Source of the DNA: an uncultured virus (IMG/VR IMGVR_UViG_3300027360_000001)
Taxonomy: Duplodnaviria; Heunggongvirae; Uroviricota; Caudoviricetes
DNA: 64,000 bases
Reading direction: 5' to 3' (one strand)
IMG/VR virus record: IMGVR_UViG_3300027360_000001
Below, in pieces: positions 29,005 through 38,949 of the stretch. Below the pieces are notes generated by a model, which was not told where the DNA came from, did not search any database, and saw nothing but the letters and a program-made list of their open reading frames with translations. A program made the translations under genes and the position numbers. Numbering within the stretch: position 1 is the stretch's first letter; each line of letters begins with the position of its first letter.

Positions 29005-29969
29005 ATCGATTCCTCCTCGATTCGGATATTTCGAATAGCCTTGCCGAGATGCTCGCCTACAGGGACGCTCACAGCGTTTCCGAATTGCTTACGGGCCTGC
29101 GTGTCGGATACTACTATTTCGAATGAGTCGTCGAAGCCTTGGAGGCGTGCGTACTCTCTCGGCGTGGCCCTACGTACGTGCTTGCCGTCGAATAGCTTCA
29201 GCTCCCGGTGTCCGCCTGCGCTAGTGTGTAGCGTTGGGGAGATACCTTTTATCGAATAAATTCGCTTCATGATTTGTAGCCAGTTCGTGTGGAACTCGCC
29301 GACTTGTATAAGCGTGTTAGGTGAGCGAGTATGGTCCGTATTGTGCAACGTGTAAGGATATCGATCTTTATCGTATAGATACTTTTCATCTACGTTAGTC
29401 TCTACGACATCCTCTAGTACCTTCGACTCGATATCCGGTTCATTTAGGAATTCGAATTCTACACCGAAAGGGACGCCGACCATAAGGAACCGCAATCTAT
29501 TCTGCGCTAGGCCAAAGTCTTTCGAGTTGTACTGGCGAATGTGTAAGTTGTACCCGAACTCGTTGAACCAATACCGGATAACCGGCTCCGCTTCTTGTAC
29601 CCCGTCGACATTCTCAGCGAGTAGAACCTTCGGCAATGACCGGCCGGCTTCCCTACGCTCTTTCAGCATCCGCATGACCTGGAAGAAAGTTCCGCTTCCT
29701 TTCCCTTCGAGCATCTTACGCTCTCCTATACGGGCCTTCGATACATCCACGCAAGGGAATCCGAATGACCACATGTCTGCATCGAGGATATCCTCGCCCC
29801 TCTGTTCAGTTACATCCGCAACCTGTGCGACAGGTTCAACGTTGTGGTTATACGACTGCACAGCGAACTTTTCCCAATCGTAGGCTGCGACGCTTCGGAT
29901 TCCCGCCTTTTTCAACCCGAGCCCAAGCCCGCCACACCCGCAAAAGAAGTCTATATTCGTCTCGATCAA
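29001..29969 (-). CDS. DNA (cytosine-5)-methyltransferase
   Basis: FCGCGG, GFPC, ENV, QNRLR, RLQGF and FGNAV motifs. Confidence 0.92.
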   Translation of the reverse strand: MIETNIDFFCGCGGLGLGLKKAGIRSVAAYDWEKFAVQSYNHNVEPVAQVADVTEQRGEDILDADMWSFGFPCVDVSKARIGERKMLEGKGSGTFFQVMRMLKERREAGRSLPKVLLAENVDGVQEAEPVIRYWFNEFGYNLHIRQYNSKDFGLAQNRLRFLMVGVPFGVEFEFLNEPDIESKVLEDVVETNVDEKYLYDKDRYPYTLHNTDHTRSPNTLIQVGEFHTNWLQIMKRIYSIKGISPTLHTSAGGHRELKLFDGKHVRRATPREYARLQGFDDSFEIVVSDTQARKQFGNAVSVPVGEHLGKAIRNIRIEEESI

Positions 29970-30018
29970 TTTCGCATCTCCTTTCGTTCCGTTATACTAT
30001 ATCGTATCAAAAAAGACG

Positions 30019-30711
30019 TCACTTAACGATCTCCGACAGAGATACCGGAAAGTGTTCGCGGGATAACTGATCGACTGCCTTTGCGTACTCTTGGATCTCG
30101 CGCTGCGAATCGTGGGCTAGTCGTTGATTTAAGAAATTCGCTACGCCTGCGAGAGATGCCGTCCAGTACCAACGTACGTACATTCCGTAAGCTGGGAGGA
30201 ATAGGCGTGCTTGCTCTGCCGCCACCCCTGACGCCATTGCATCGTTATACAGTTGCTCTCCTTGTTCGATGTAATCTGAAAGTTCTTTCGTAAGAACAGA
30301 CCCGAGATAGCCTCCGACTATTTCTCCGCTGCCTTGCTTACTATTCTCCGGAGCTGATCGCCACTCATTCGCCTGTGGGATATAGAACGCGGGCTCCTCC
30401 GTAATATATCGCCGGCTGCTTTCGTTCCATGCGGCCATATTGTCCTGGTGCGAGCTGCCTACCACGTATTTCCACCATTGCCTAGCGATCATTAAAGGCG
30501 CATATACTTCGAACTGCATCATAGCATGTCGGAATGGGCTCGTGTGTCCCTCTCTCGCCAAGAATCGAATGAGCCTTTCGTCCTTATCGCTGATTTCCTC
30601 GGATGCCTTATCGTAGCTTACTCGTGCGCTATTTACGACAGTCAAGTCGCTTCCCATTACGTCCACTAATCTCACGTACCCCTTGTCGAGTACATTAATC
30701 ATCTCGTTCAT
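30019..30711 (-). CDS. thyX: FAD-dependent thymidylate synthase
   Basis: GHTSPFRH, ARQWWKY, NESSRRY, EQARLFLP, SQREI. Confidence 0.92.
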   Translation of the reverse strand: MNEMINVLDKGYVRLVDVMGSDLTVVNSARVSYDKASEEISDKDERLIRFLAREGHTSPFRHAMMQFEVYAPLMIARQWWKYVVGSSHQDNMAAWNESSRRYITEEPAFYIPQANEWRSAPENSKQGSGEIVGGYLGSVLTKELSDYIEQGEQLYNDAMASGVAAEQARLFLPAYGMYVRWYWTASLAGVANFLNQRLAHDSQREIQEYAKAVDQLSREHFPVSLSEIVK

Positions 30712-31216
30712 CCAACGATCCCCTTTCCATCGGAGCCTCATCGCCCCTTCTACCTATACATCGAATCCAGTATCGCCTTTTTGACAGTCTACCGTAAATT
30801 TATTGTAACTTTTTTGTAGCAACGCCGTTCTATACCACGCCCGTCGGACTCTTTGTCGGCTTAGTCTCGATCACGCCCGTGCTACCGCGCTTCGCTTGCT
30901 TGGGCGTTCCGGTTGCAGCCATTGATAAGACTTCGCTATCGCTACGCCTTACCAACAGCGTGCAATCCTCACACCACGTTTCCTCCGCCAAAACAAATCT
31001 AATATCCGCTCATCGCTTCCTCTTTTTATTTTCGTTTTGTCCCTCGCGCCCTGTCTTGTATAATTTCACGTCCCACAATCGAAGCATCTATCGTAAATAC
31101 CGAACGTTATTAGCGAAATTCACGCTTGACGTTCGTAACGATTTTAACTATGGGTAGGTTGCGGAAGAGAAACGGCTCGGCGACGCAGTAATCCCGTGAA
31201 TTTCGACACGAACAAT

Positions 31217-31650
31217 ATAAAAAGCACGCTCGAAGGCGTGCGATCATAAGCGTATCTAATTCACGAGACTACGATTCATGCGGTGCTGCCTATGGTTTAG
31301 GAGCGTCGAGTTTCCGTGTACCGTATGACCTTGTTTCGTATCAGACTTTCGTCCGCATCGGCTTGACATACGTTGTGTCGGACTTTTGCCACGTATGCGG
31401 TTCGCTGTTATACGAACCTGACCGGATGTCCCTGCGACCTTAATCGCACGACAACCCACCCCGCGCTGCTTCTTTCGGCGGTTACTCCCGCTCGGGCATC
31501 AACTGGCGATCGATTCCCATAACGTCCCGCCAGCGTAAACAAGGAAACGCTCAATAGGCGGCAACGGGCGAGTTCTTTAGCAATGGCCTCGCCAGACCTG
31601 TCGTAGTTTAGTCGATAACCCGCGTCGAGTAAGGCTATTGGACGCATGGG
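31217..31650 (-). ncRNA. Candidate structured non-coding RNA downstream of an attenuator
   Basis: No ORF with an RBS; dense run of hairpins; ends at the terminator GCACGC-CTTCGA-GCGTGC-T5 (31241-31219). Confidence 0.5.
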
Positions 31651-31651
31651 C

Positions 31652-31716
31652 AAAGAAAAAGCGCACAGTACTCCCGACGTGTCCAAACGAGAACCCTCAC
31701 CGAGAATACTACGCGC
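31652..31716 (-). terminator. Conditional terminator (attenuator)
   Basis: 16-bp stem (31716-31701 with 31676-31661) containing 4 G-U pairs valid only on the minus strand, followed by UUUUUCUUU. Confidence 0.7.
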
Positions 31717-31781
31717 CTTTTGGCGAAAATTTCTAACGTAAAAATGTTGCGTATATCATATAATAGCTATATAATATACGT

Positions 31782-31925
31782 ATCTGTAGCGTTGATAGCG
31801 CTACGCCGAGTTGGTAGCTCGGTTAATCAGTGAAAAAGTCTTTGGTTTATAGTCGATGTGGTAGTCGACTTGAATCTCTTTCTCGGTAAGGGTCTCGCTG
31901 TTGATTGCAGCGGGCCTTTTTCTTT
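31782..31925 (+). ncRNA. Antisense small RNA with four U-turn-like hairpins
   Basis: Promoter TTGCGT-17-TATAAT (31747-31775); loops TTGATAG, TTGGTAG, TGTGGTAG, TTGATTG; U-tract after the last hairpin. Confidence 0.7.
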
Positions 31926-32043
31926 GGTTATGTATTTAGTTGGTCAAACATTATGTATCGATATGTATTAATAGGTTTATTCGATTCTACCATTTCGTGT
32001 AAAATACGACAATATAAAAGTACAACGTTTTAATTCTACGTCC

Positions 32044-32072
32044 ATCATATACGATATCGAATATCGTGTCAA
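32044..32072 (-). promoter_or_regulatory. sigmaA promoter overlapped by a palindromic operator
   Basis: TTGACA-17-TATGAT; ATACGATATCGAAT at 32049-32062. Confidence 0.75.
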
Positions 32073-32187
32073 TAAAGAGTTTCAATTAGCTATCGAATTA
32101 TTAGCAATGCCTAACGATTTCATAGCCATGCCCTCTAAACGAAAAAGGGCGCCGCCCATATCGTGAAGGGCCGCGCTCGGTCATCGC

Positions 32188-32667
32188 TCAGTATCCGCTT
32201 GCTAGTCGATCGTAATTCGTTTGCATCTTCGAAAAATAGCTCGATTCCATGTCGGCCTCGCTCATGCCGATGTACTCCCCGATAGACAGCAGCGCTCGGA
32301 AGGCGAATGCGTACTCGCGAATGTTCGAAAAGTCCGCGCGGTACAACTCGGAGAATAACTCGTTGAGCGACACGTCTAGGTATCCTAACGATTTCACCTC
32401 GGCGATGTGATCGCTATGCCCATATTTGTTACCCAGCGAGAGCATGAAGTGCAGTACGTCAGCCCATTCGTCGAACTGGCGGGCCTTGTCATTGCGCTTG
32501 TTCAGCTTCCAATACTTAAAAAATCCGATTTCCTGCGCGAGCTCGCCTAATTCTACGTGAAGGGCTGTCGTAACATCAGCCGTGAGGTTGCGGTCCTGCA
32601 GTGAATGAACTTCGATTACCTTGCGATCAAGACGCTCCTGCGCGTCGAAATATTTTACTAGATTCAT
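32188..32667 (-). CDS. Dimeric dUTPase (dUTPase_2 family)
   Basis: VELGELAQE, FKYWK, EWADVLHF, KMQTNYDR. Confidence 0.88.
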   Translation of the reverse strand: MNLVKYFDAQERLDRKVIEVHSLQDRNLTADVTTALHVELGELAQEIGFFKYWKLNKRNDKARQFDEWADVLHFMLSLGNKYGHSDHIAEVKSLGYLDVSLNELFSELYRADFSNIREYAFAFRALLSIGEYIGMSEADMESSYFSKMQTNYDRLASGY

Positions 32668-32691
32668 CGTGATTCCTCCTCGATTCGTATT

Positions 32692-32856
32692 TTACTTATC
32701 GCTTGAAAATATCTCGTTATCAGCTAAAGTAATAATAATGTCATGCTCTTTTACCTCAATATTAACGTTACTCCAACCGCCTTCTTCGTCTCTAAAAATA
32801 AATATCTTACCTTTATCTTCTTCAGACACTCGCTTTAATAAATCGTTAAGACTCAT
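32692..32856 (-). CDS. Small hypothetical protein
   Basis: GGAGG RBS before MSLNDLL. Confidence 0.45.
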   Translation of the reverse strand: MSLNDLLKRVSEEDKGKIFIFRDEEGGWSNVNIEVKEHDIIITLADNEIFSSDK

Positions 32857-32867
32857 ATTACCGCCTC

Positions 32868-33263
32868 CTATTTGTGCCACTCGCCGAAATCCTTACTAGC
32901 GCCTGGGTAGTATGTCTGCGCCAGACCCTTCGCAAGTAGGTCCTCGTTTAGATTTATCCATTCGCCGTTCTCGTTGTAGTATATCGTCGCCAAGTATCGC
33001 CCGTAGCCGTCCAATTCGAACCGCTCGCTCAGGATGCGAACGTCCTTGTCGAGCACTTTCGACTCAACGTAGGCTTTCGCATCCTTTGCGAGTTGCAGGC
33101 GGGCGCCGGTGCTACCGCGCATTTCTGCGGTGTTGACGCCCTTAAAGCGAAACTTGTTACGTCTGTATTGGTCGTAGCCTAGCGATACCATTGCGGTGAT
33201 CGTGTCGCCGTCGTACACGCTGGTTACGCGTGCGTCTCGGATGTAATTGTCTCGTATATCCAT
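32868..33263 (-). CDS. Thermonuclease (staphylococcal nuclease-like)
   Basis: VYDGDTI, RFKGVNTAE, DGYGRYLA, LNEDLLAKGLA. Confidence 0.88.
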   Translation of the reverse strand: MDIRDNYIRDARVTSVYDGDTITAMVSLGYDQYRRNKFRFKGVNTAEMRGSTGARLQLAKDAKAYVESKVLDKDVRILSERFELDGYGRYLATIYYNENGEWINLNEDLLAKGLAQTYYPGASKDFGEWHK

Positions 33264-33267
33264 TCGT

Positions 33268-33996
33268 TTATCTCTCCGTTCTTTGCTCTCGTTGTAGTGC
33301 TTCGATAGTTTCGTTGATTTGGTCCGCATGTTGGCTGAACCAGCCTCGGTAGTTTGTTTCGAGCTTATGGTACGTAACTGGCTTACCTTCGTAATGCTTC
33401 ATGTAAATTTCGAACGGTGTTAGCCCTGCGATGCGTTTCAGCTTCGGATTATCGATCTGCAGTACGCTACCAACTCCGACAAACTTGCACGAGTCGTCTA
33501 CACGAGTGAGCACCGCTTGTAACTCAGCCATGTCCGCATTTTGAACCTCATCGTATATAACAAACGAGTTCTTCCACGTTACGCCTCGAGCGAACGCCGT
33601 TGTCAGCGGTAGTACGCGTACTTGCTTCGTCATAGCATCCGGTAAAACCCATCGGTCGAACGTGCCTGGCTTAACGTATTCGAGCGCGTCAGCAAGCGGA
33701 GCCATGTACGGCGCATTCTTCTCGGTAGGATCTCCCGGCAAGAATCCCTGGTCGCGAATCGGAATGGCGGAGCGAATGTAAATGATTTTGTCATACGTCC
33801 CTTTCTCGACCTCATAGGCGCCGGCTAGTACGGCTAAAGTTGTTTTTCCAGTTCCAGCAGGCGAATCTACCCAAGACGCTTGCACGACGTCAGTTGGCTG
33901 CCATAGCGCTTGCATATACGCGTATTGATGACGGTCCGCTAATACGTTGAATCCTCGCTCTTCTAACCACTTCCAACGAATATCGTGCTTGCCCAT
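33268..33996 (-). CDS. phoH: PhoH-family ATPase
   Basis: PAGTGKT, GFLPGD, ARGVTW, DEVQN, LTRV. Confidence 0.88.
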   Translation of the reverse strand: MGKHDIRWKWLEERGFNVLADRHQYAYMQALWQPTDVVQASWVDSPAGTGKTTLAVLAGAYEVEKGTYDKIIYIRSAIPIRDQGFLPGDPTEKNAPYMAPLADALEYVKPGTFDRWVLPDAMTKQVRVLPLTTAFARGVTWKNSFVIYDEVQNADMAELQAVLTRVDDSCKFVGVGSVLQIDNPKLKRIAGLTPFEIYMKHYEGKPVTYHKLETNYRGWFSQHADQINETIEALQREQRTER

Positions 33997-34016
33997 TCGA
34001 TCAGCTCCCATCGTTT

Positions 34017-34700
34017 TTATAGGTATCTAAACGTCCACCCTTTATGTTGACGCGTTCTTCCTTGTAAGCAGCTTGTAATACCTTGTTTAATCAGTCCGTG
34101 GTTACGTGCGAATTCTCTTATTCCTAAAGCTACGAGTCTTTCTCCCGAAGGACTAATTGCCTCGAACTCCTTCTTTAGATGTGTTCTATCTACTATCGCA
34201 GAGTTTTTCGTTTTGGTTAGAAATGTGCAAGTATTAAGTGAGTAGATTTTCGTCTCCGCTTTCATTTGCTTCATGTCTTTATCGAGGTTGAGCACGCCAG
34301 CCTCAAAAAGAGACTGGTCATACCCATCGATTAGTGGGATATCTTTGACGAACTGTTCGAAAGAGCACCATTCCTCCGCTACCGTAACGCCTTTACCTCC
34401 GTAATTTATATACGAGTTATCAGTAACGTCATAGCAACGGCGTAGCATCTTGTGCCATATGTTATAACTCCTTCTATTAGTGACAACATCGGCGTTCCCT
34501 ATATAACCGACACCTAGTATGTCTCGAGCGAATCGGTCCTTTATTTTCCCTCGTTTCATTTGGACCTTTTCGACTACCGTTTCGTAGCCAGTATCTAAAA
34601 ACCGGATGCGCCATTTCTGATTATTGGACTTGCTCTTTCCTTCGGTCGCTAAGACAACATACTTTTGACCGGATTTGTTTTCCAGAATTTCTCCAATCAC
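34017..34700 (-). CDS. Free-standing homing-type endonuclease (NUMOD1-like C-terminus)
   Basis: YNIWHKMLRRCY...YGGKGV...LDKD; C-terminal FARNHGL...HKGWTF; AT-rich. Confidence 0.7.
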   Translation of the reverse strand: MIGEILENKSGQKYVVLATEGKSKSNNQKWRIRFLDTGYETVVEKVQMKRGKIKDRFARDILGVGYIGNADVVTNRRSYNIWHKMLRRCYDVTDNSYINYGGKGVTVAEEWCSFEQFVKDIPLIDGYDQSLFEAGVLNLDKDMKQMKAETKIYSLNTCTFLTKTKNSAIVDRTHLKKEFEAISPSGERLVALGIREFARNHGLIKQGITSCLQGRTRQHKGWTFRYL

Positions 34701-34719
34701 AGTGCACCCTCCTTAGATA

Positions 34720-35937
34720 CTAGAATTTGAATACGTCGTCCGTAATCGGCTGTACATTCAGCGCCTTTACATACCCGTTTCCTTTACCTTTCGTTCCCGC
34801 AAGCTCGCTAGACTTACGGCGGGACCAACGCCCAGCCTCGCATTACTACGAGGAGCAGACTATCTCACCGACCACTTGGGCCGCCTCCCATTTCGACTGC
34901 CAATCGCTTGCAGCCTACGGTTTACGCCTAGTCGTTACACCTTCCGATTGCTCGGCTTGGCTCGGTATTGCCCATTACGGGGTTTCACCGAATTAGAGAG
35001 GTTATTCGATCGGCATCGCTGCCGAAAGCCGCTAATTGTTAACGGAGAAGAAATCATGCGTCTTCGTCTCGGTGCGCAGCCCGTTGAGTACAATCGGATT
35101 AACCGGCTCGTCAGGGTAAAACGTATCGCGTCCGAGATTCATCAGCGCCTTGTTCGCGTTGTATCGCACGAAGCGTAGCACGTCGTCAGTCAATCCGATT
35201 TGCTCGTAAACTTCCTCCGTATACGCCTTCTCGATATCGTATAACGTTTCAAGAAGGGAGAGTGTTTCCGCATCCGCACGCTTCTGTTCGTCTAGCGTTA
35301 GTTTGGCGTAGGTTTCTTGCGCTAGAAGGCCGACGAATACCCCATGCACGGCCTCATCACGAATTATTAGATTGATTATCTCGCCGCTTGCCGTCATCTT
35401 TCCTTGACCAGCGAGGTATAGCGGGTAATAAAAACCCGAGAAAAACGCGAAGGTTTCTAGGAAGACGCTCGAAACTTTCGCCATATACAGTGAGTAATTG
35501 TCCGTAATCCTGCGGTAATATCGCGTGATAATCTCGGCTTTTCGCTGCAGGCGAGGATTCTTCTCAACCCACGCGAATACTTCGTTTATATCCTCCGATG
35601 AGATGAGCGTAGTGAATATCGTTGAATAACTCTTATGATGGATTGCTTCGGCCATCGACATAAAGTTAAGTACGGCTTTTTGCTGCAAGTCGGTTACGCA
35701 TTGAGATATTAACGGCATCCCTACGTTACTCTGCTCGGTGTCGAGGAGCGTAAGCCCCGCAAGCACCTTTTTAAATACGTCCTTTTCCGACTTGCTTAAC
35801 GTAAACCATACGTTTTTATCTGAACTAACGGGGATTTCTGTATCTACCCAAAAATTACGGATATTAGCCTCCCAAAACATCTGCGTGTAGTCGTCGTTTC
35901 TTACGTTCCAATTCGTCGGAATGTGTGTTTGTGTCAT
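34720..35937 (-). CDS. nrdF: Ribonucleotide reductase class Ib beta subunit, spliced: join(35937..35042, 34786..34720), 320 aa
   Basis: Di-iron motifs (LTLLD, EAIH, RDEAVH); splicing restores the conserved HDFFSVKGNGY C-terminus. Confidence 0.92.
34787..35041 (-). ncRNA. Group I intron, ORF-less, 255 nt
   Basis: P1 CCGU/UA...UAGCGG with a U-G pair at the 5' splice site; P AAUUCGGUGAA, Q AAUACCGAGC, R AACGACUAG, S AGAUAGUC; terminal G. Confidence 0.9.
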
Positions 35938-35950
35938 CGTATCGCCCTCC

Positions 35951-38044
35951 TTAAATTGCGCATGCGGTGCATTCGCTTGCTGATAAATTCCGTGTTCTCG
36001 TATAGTACAGCGATTTTAGTCCCTTCTTGTGGGCGTATACGTAATATCTCGCTAGGTCCGCCGTGCTCACATCGCTGTTCACGTATAGAATCGTTGAAAT
36101 CCCCTGGTCAACGTGTTGCTGAATTTCCGCAATCAAGTCGATGAGCTTCAGCATGTTGCGATCATAAGCCGAGCGATAGTAGTGTACGTAAGTCGTTTCG
36201 CTCAAGAACGGCATCGGGTAGTATGTCGTGCTGTTTCCGTATGTCCGCGTCTCAATTACTGATGTAACAGGCATTACGCTTTGTGTCGCGTTCTGTACGT
36301 ACCCAATCGATTGAGTCGGGGCTATCGCAAGTCTGTACGCATTGTATAATCCGTAGAATTGTACGTTACCTTTCAACTCAAACCAATCCGTCGTGCTCGG
36401 GATGCTAATCCCCTCGAATAGCTTACGAACCTTTTCGGTGCGTGGCGAGAAGTCTTCCGTTAAGTATTTATCGAAGTAATTACCGTTTGCGTATTCGCTT
36501 TTCTCGAAGTCCTTAAACGTCTCGCCGCGCTCCTTCGCGATCTCCATCGATTTCTCAATCGAGTAATAGTTCATCATCATAAAGAACGTGCGAGCAAAGT
36601 CTATCGCCTCTTTCGACTCGTAGCCTATATCGTTCTTCGCTAAGTACCCGTGTAGATTCATAGCGCCCAACCCTACACTGTGTAGCTCCTCGTTTGCTTT
36701 CTTAACGGTCGGAGCGTTTTGAATCGTAGTCATATCGGATACAGAGGTAAGCGCCTCAATACCAGCGTGTACGGATTCGCGCACCTTCTTTGTATCCATT
36801 ACGTTTACGATATTTAGAGAGCCGAGGTTGCACGATATATCGCGACGGATAATGTCGCCCACACCGTAATCGTTAATTTCTGATGTTTCTTGGATCTGGA
36901 ATATTTCCGAACACAGATTCGACATTTTAATGCTACCGATTTCCTTCAACGGGTGTACATTATTCGCGTTGTCTTTGAACATTAAATACGGGTATCCCGA
37001 TTCGAGGTTCGTCATAGCCATGCGGTTTAACATATCGCGAGCACTCATAACCACGCGCTTCTTCACGTCAGGATCTGCGACTAGAACGTCGTACATTTCG
37101 TCCATGTTCATGTCGTCTAGATGTTGTCCGTATTTCTTATACACCGTATACGGAGCGAATACGTATAATGGTTCGTCCTTCTCCGCTAACTCGAAGAACT
37201 TACTCGGAGCAATTAGGCCGATAGATAGCGTTTGAATACGGCTCTTTTCGTCGGCGTTTATCTTCTTCCCGTCCAATACCTCGAGTACGTCCCAGTGCAT
37301 GATATTGATGTAGACGGCGCCCGCTCCCTTACGCTGACCTAATTGGTTCGCATAGTTGAACGAATCCTCGAGTAGTTTTATGACTGGCATTACCCCGCTC
37401 GCTGCGTTCTCGATTTCCTTAATTGCTTCGCCACGTCCTCGCAGCTTGGATAAATTAATCGCCACGCCTCCGCCTATTTTCGAGAGCTGCATTGCGGTAT
37501 TAACGTTGAAACCTATCGAATTGAGGCTATCGTCCATTTCGAGAAGGAAACACGAGACCATTTCGCCTCTGCGCGATTTACCTGCGTTAAGGAACGTCGG
37601 CGTCGCCGGCTGGTAGCGCTGCTCCATCATCGACTCTACATAGCGCTTTGTCTTAGCGAAGTCCCCACGCCCTAGCGAAATGGCAACGGCAACCACGCGG
37701 TCCTCGTAGCGCTCGAGATACTGCTTCTTATCGTTCGTTTTCATCGCGTAATCGTTATAGAACTTCGATGCAGCCATGTACGACTGGAATTCGAAGCCAT
37801 AAGCGTAAGCCAAGTGCGTAAGGTACTCGATTTGCTCGAGCGTTAAGTATTCGTACAGGTTCTCGTAAAAGTCGTTTTCGATCAGATAGTCGATGCGCTC
37901 CTTTACGCTGCCGAAGCGGAGTGTCTTCTCGTCAACCTCCCGCATGAACTCGGCGACCGCTTCTTTATCGATAGCCAGCGCTGCAAAGTCGCCTGTTTTG
38001 TCAAACGTGTCAAACATTTCGTTGTTCAATTCGATATGTTTCAA
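35951..38044 (-). CDS. nrdE: Ribonucleotide reductase class Ib alpha subunit
   Basis: PATPTFLNAG, VSCF, SNLCSE, APTQS, KSLYY; C-terminal CTAC. Confidence 0.95.
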   Translation of the reverse strand: MKHIELNNEMFDTFDKTGDFAALAIDKEAVAEFMREVDEKTLRFGSVKERIDYLIENDFYENLYEYLTLEQIEYLTHLAYAYGFEFQSYMAASKFYNDYAMKTNDKKQYLERYEDRVVAVAISLGRGDFAKTKRYVESMMEQRYQPATPTFLNAGKSRRGEMVSCFLLEMDDSLNSIGFNVNTAMQLSKIGGGVAINLSKLRGRGEAIKEIENAASGVMPVIKLLEDSFNYANQLGQRKGAGAVYINIMHWDVLEVLDGKKINADEKSRIQTLSIGLIAPSKFFELAEKDEPLYVFAPYTVYKKYGQHLDDMNMDEMYDVLVADPDVKKRVVMSARDMLNRMAMTNLESGYPYLMFKDNANNVHPLKEIGSIKMSNLCSEIFQIQETSEINDYGVGDIIRRDISCNLGSLNIVNVMDTKKVRESVHAGIEALTSVSDMTTIQNAPTVKKANEELHSVGLGAMNLHGYLAKNDIGYESKEAIDFARTFFMMMNYYSIEKSMEIAKERGETFKDFEKSEYANGNYFDKYLTEDFSPRTEKVRKLFEGISIPSTTDWFELKGNVQFYGLYNAYRLAIAPTQSIGYVQNATQSVMPVTSVIETRTYGNSTTYYPMPFLSETTYVHYYRSAYDRNMLKLIDLIAEIQQHVDQGISTILYVNSDVSTADLARYYVYAHKKGLKSLYYTRTRNLSASECTACAI

Positions 38045-38400
38045 AGTTCCACTACCCTTCGTTTAAAAGTTTCGACGTCTGTCGGCGTCCCGCTTAGTTC
38101 GAACGTGTATATCAACGGAACCTTGAACGCTTCCGATATCGTGTACGCCGCTTTGCCGAAAAAGTCGCCCCAGTTACGATTCCCGCTAGAAGCGACGCCC
38201 CGTAGCATCCCGTGATTCTTCGCTAGAAATTCCGTCGTGCTCTCCGGTACTTGACCGAAGCCTGTCGTGTAGGTCACGAGGGTAAACGGCTCGTCGACCG
38301 TCAGTCCCTCGCTAACCTTTACCGCCGGCAGGCCGAGCTTGTGTATGAACCGCTCGACGTTGCCGGTCTTGCTATCGTATACAATTAACATCGGACTCAC
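38041..38400 (-). CDS. nrdI: NrdI flavodoxin
   Basis: SKTGNVERF, TYTTGFG, SGNRNWG, FELSGT. Confidence 0.93.
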   Translation of the reverse strand: MSPMLIVYDSKTGNVERFIHKLGLPAVKVSEGLTVDEPFTLVTYTTGFGQVPESTTEFLAKNHGMLRGVASSGNRNWGDFFGKAAYTISEAFKVPLIYTFELSGTPTDVETFKRRVVEL

Positions 38401-38589
38401 CTCGTATTAGTCGTAATACTATATCGTATCAAAATAGGCGGTCGATAACCTCACACATTAAATACCCGAAGGGGGCCGCGCATACAATAAACGAGACTAG
38501 CGTCATAAGACTTGACTCTTCCTCTGTTACAGCCACAGTTAACCCTCCGATAAACACGAGAAATGAGCAAAATGTTGTGATATATAACA

Positions 38590-38949
38590 TTAGAAAGGCG
38601 CTCCTTCCTCTTTATTATCGTTTAAAACGAGAATCTCTTCGTCGACCGTAGTTAATAGAGGGAGGTTCTCCGCAAGTACTTGGTGCAGTACGTTCGAAGT
38701 CCTATTGACGAGAGATTCATCTTGTTCCTCTGGGTTATACCCCGCTTCAAACATTATTGCGTGAAGCACCTCGTGAACGAGGGTCTGCTCTTTTCTTTCT
38801 GTTGTTAAATCAGCGTCTATTTGAATCACACAATCGCTGAAATCAACTTGACCAAATAATCCGTATTTTCGCTGCAACCCTTCTACTTCTTGGACAATAT
38901 ATAGAGCTCCTCCCACTTTGATTTCCTTCTCGTCGAATATTTTATTCAT
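38590..38949 (-). CDS. ImmA/IrrE-like metallopeptidase
   Basis: TLVHEVLHAI (HExxH). Confidence 0.65.
   Translation of the reverse strand: MNKIFDEKEIKVGGALYIVQEVEGLQRKYGLFGQVDFSDCVIQIDADLTTERKEQTLVHEVLHAIMFEAGYNPEEQDESLVNRTSNVLHQVLAENLPLLTTVDEEILVLNDNKEEGAPF

Noticed and set aside
31408..31686. 92-aa and 67-aa minus-strand ORFs as a Rep protein
   Set aside because: No RBS, the start lies within the terminator loop, and no recognisable domain; the region looks like structured RNA
35032..35937. nrdF as a truncated gene or pseudogene
   Set aside because: The premature stop lies inside a group I intron; exon 2 is intact
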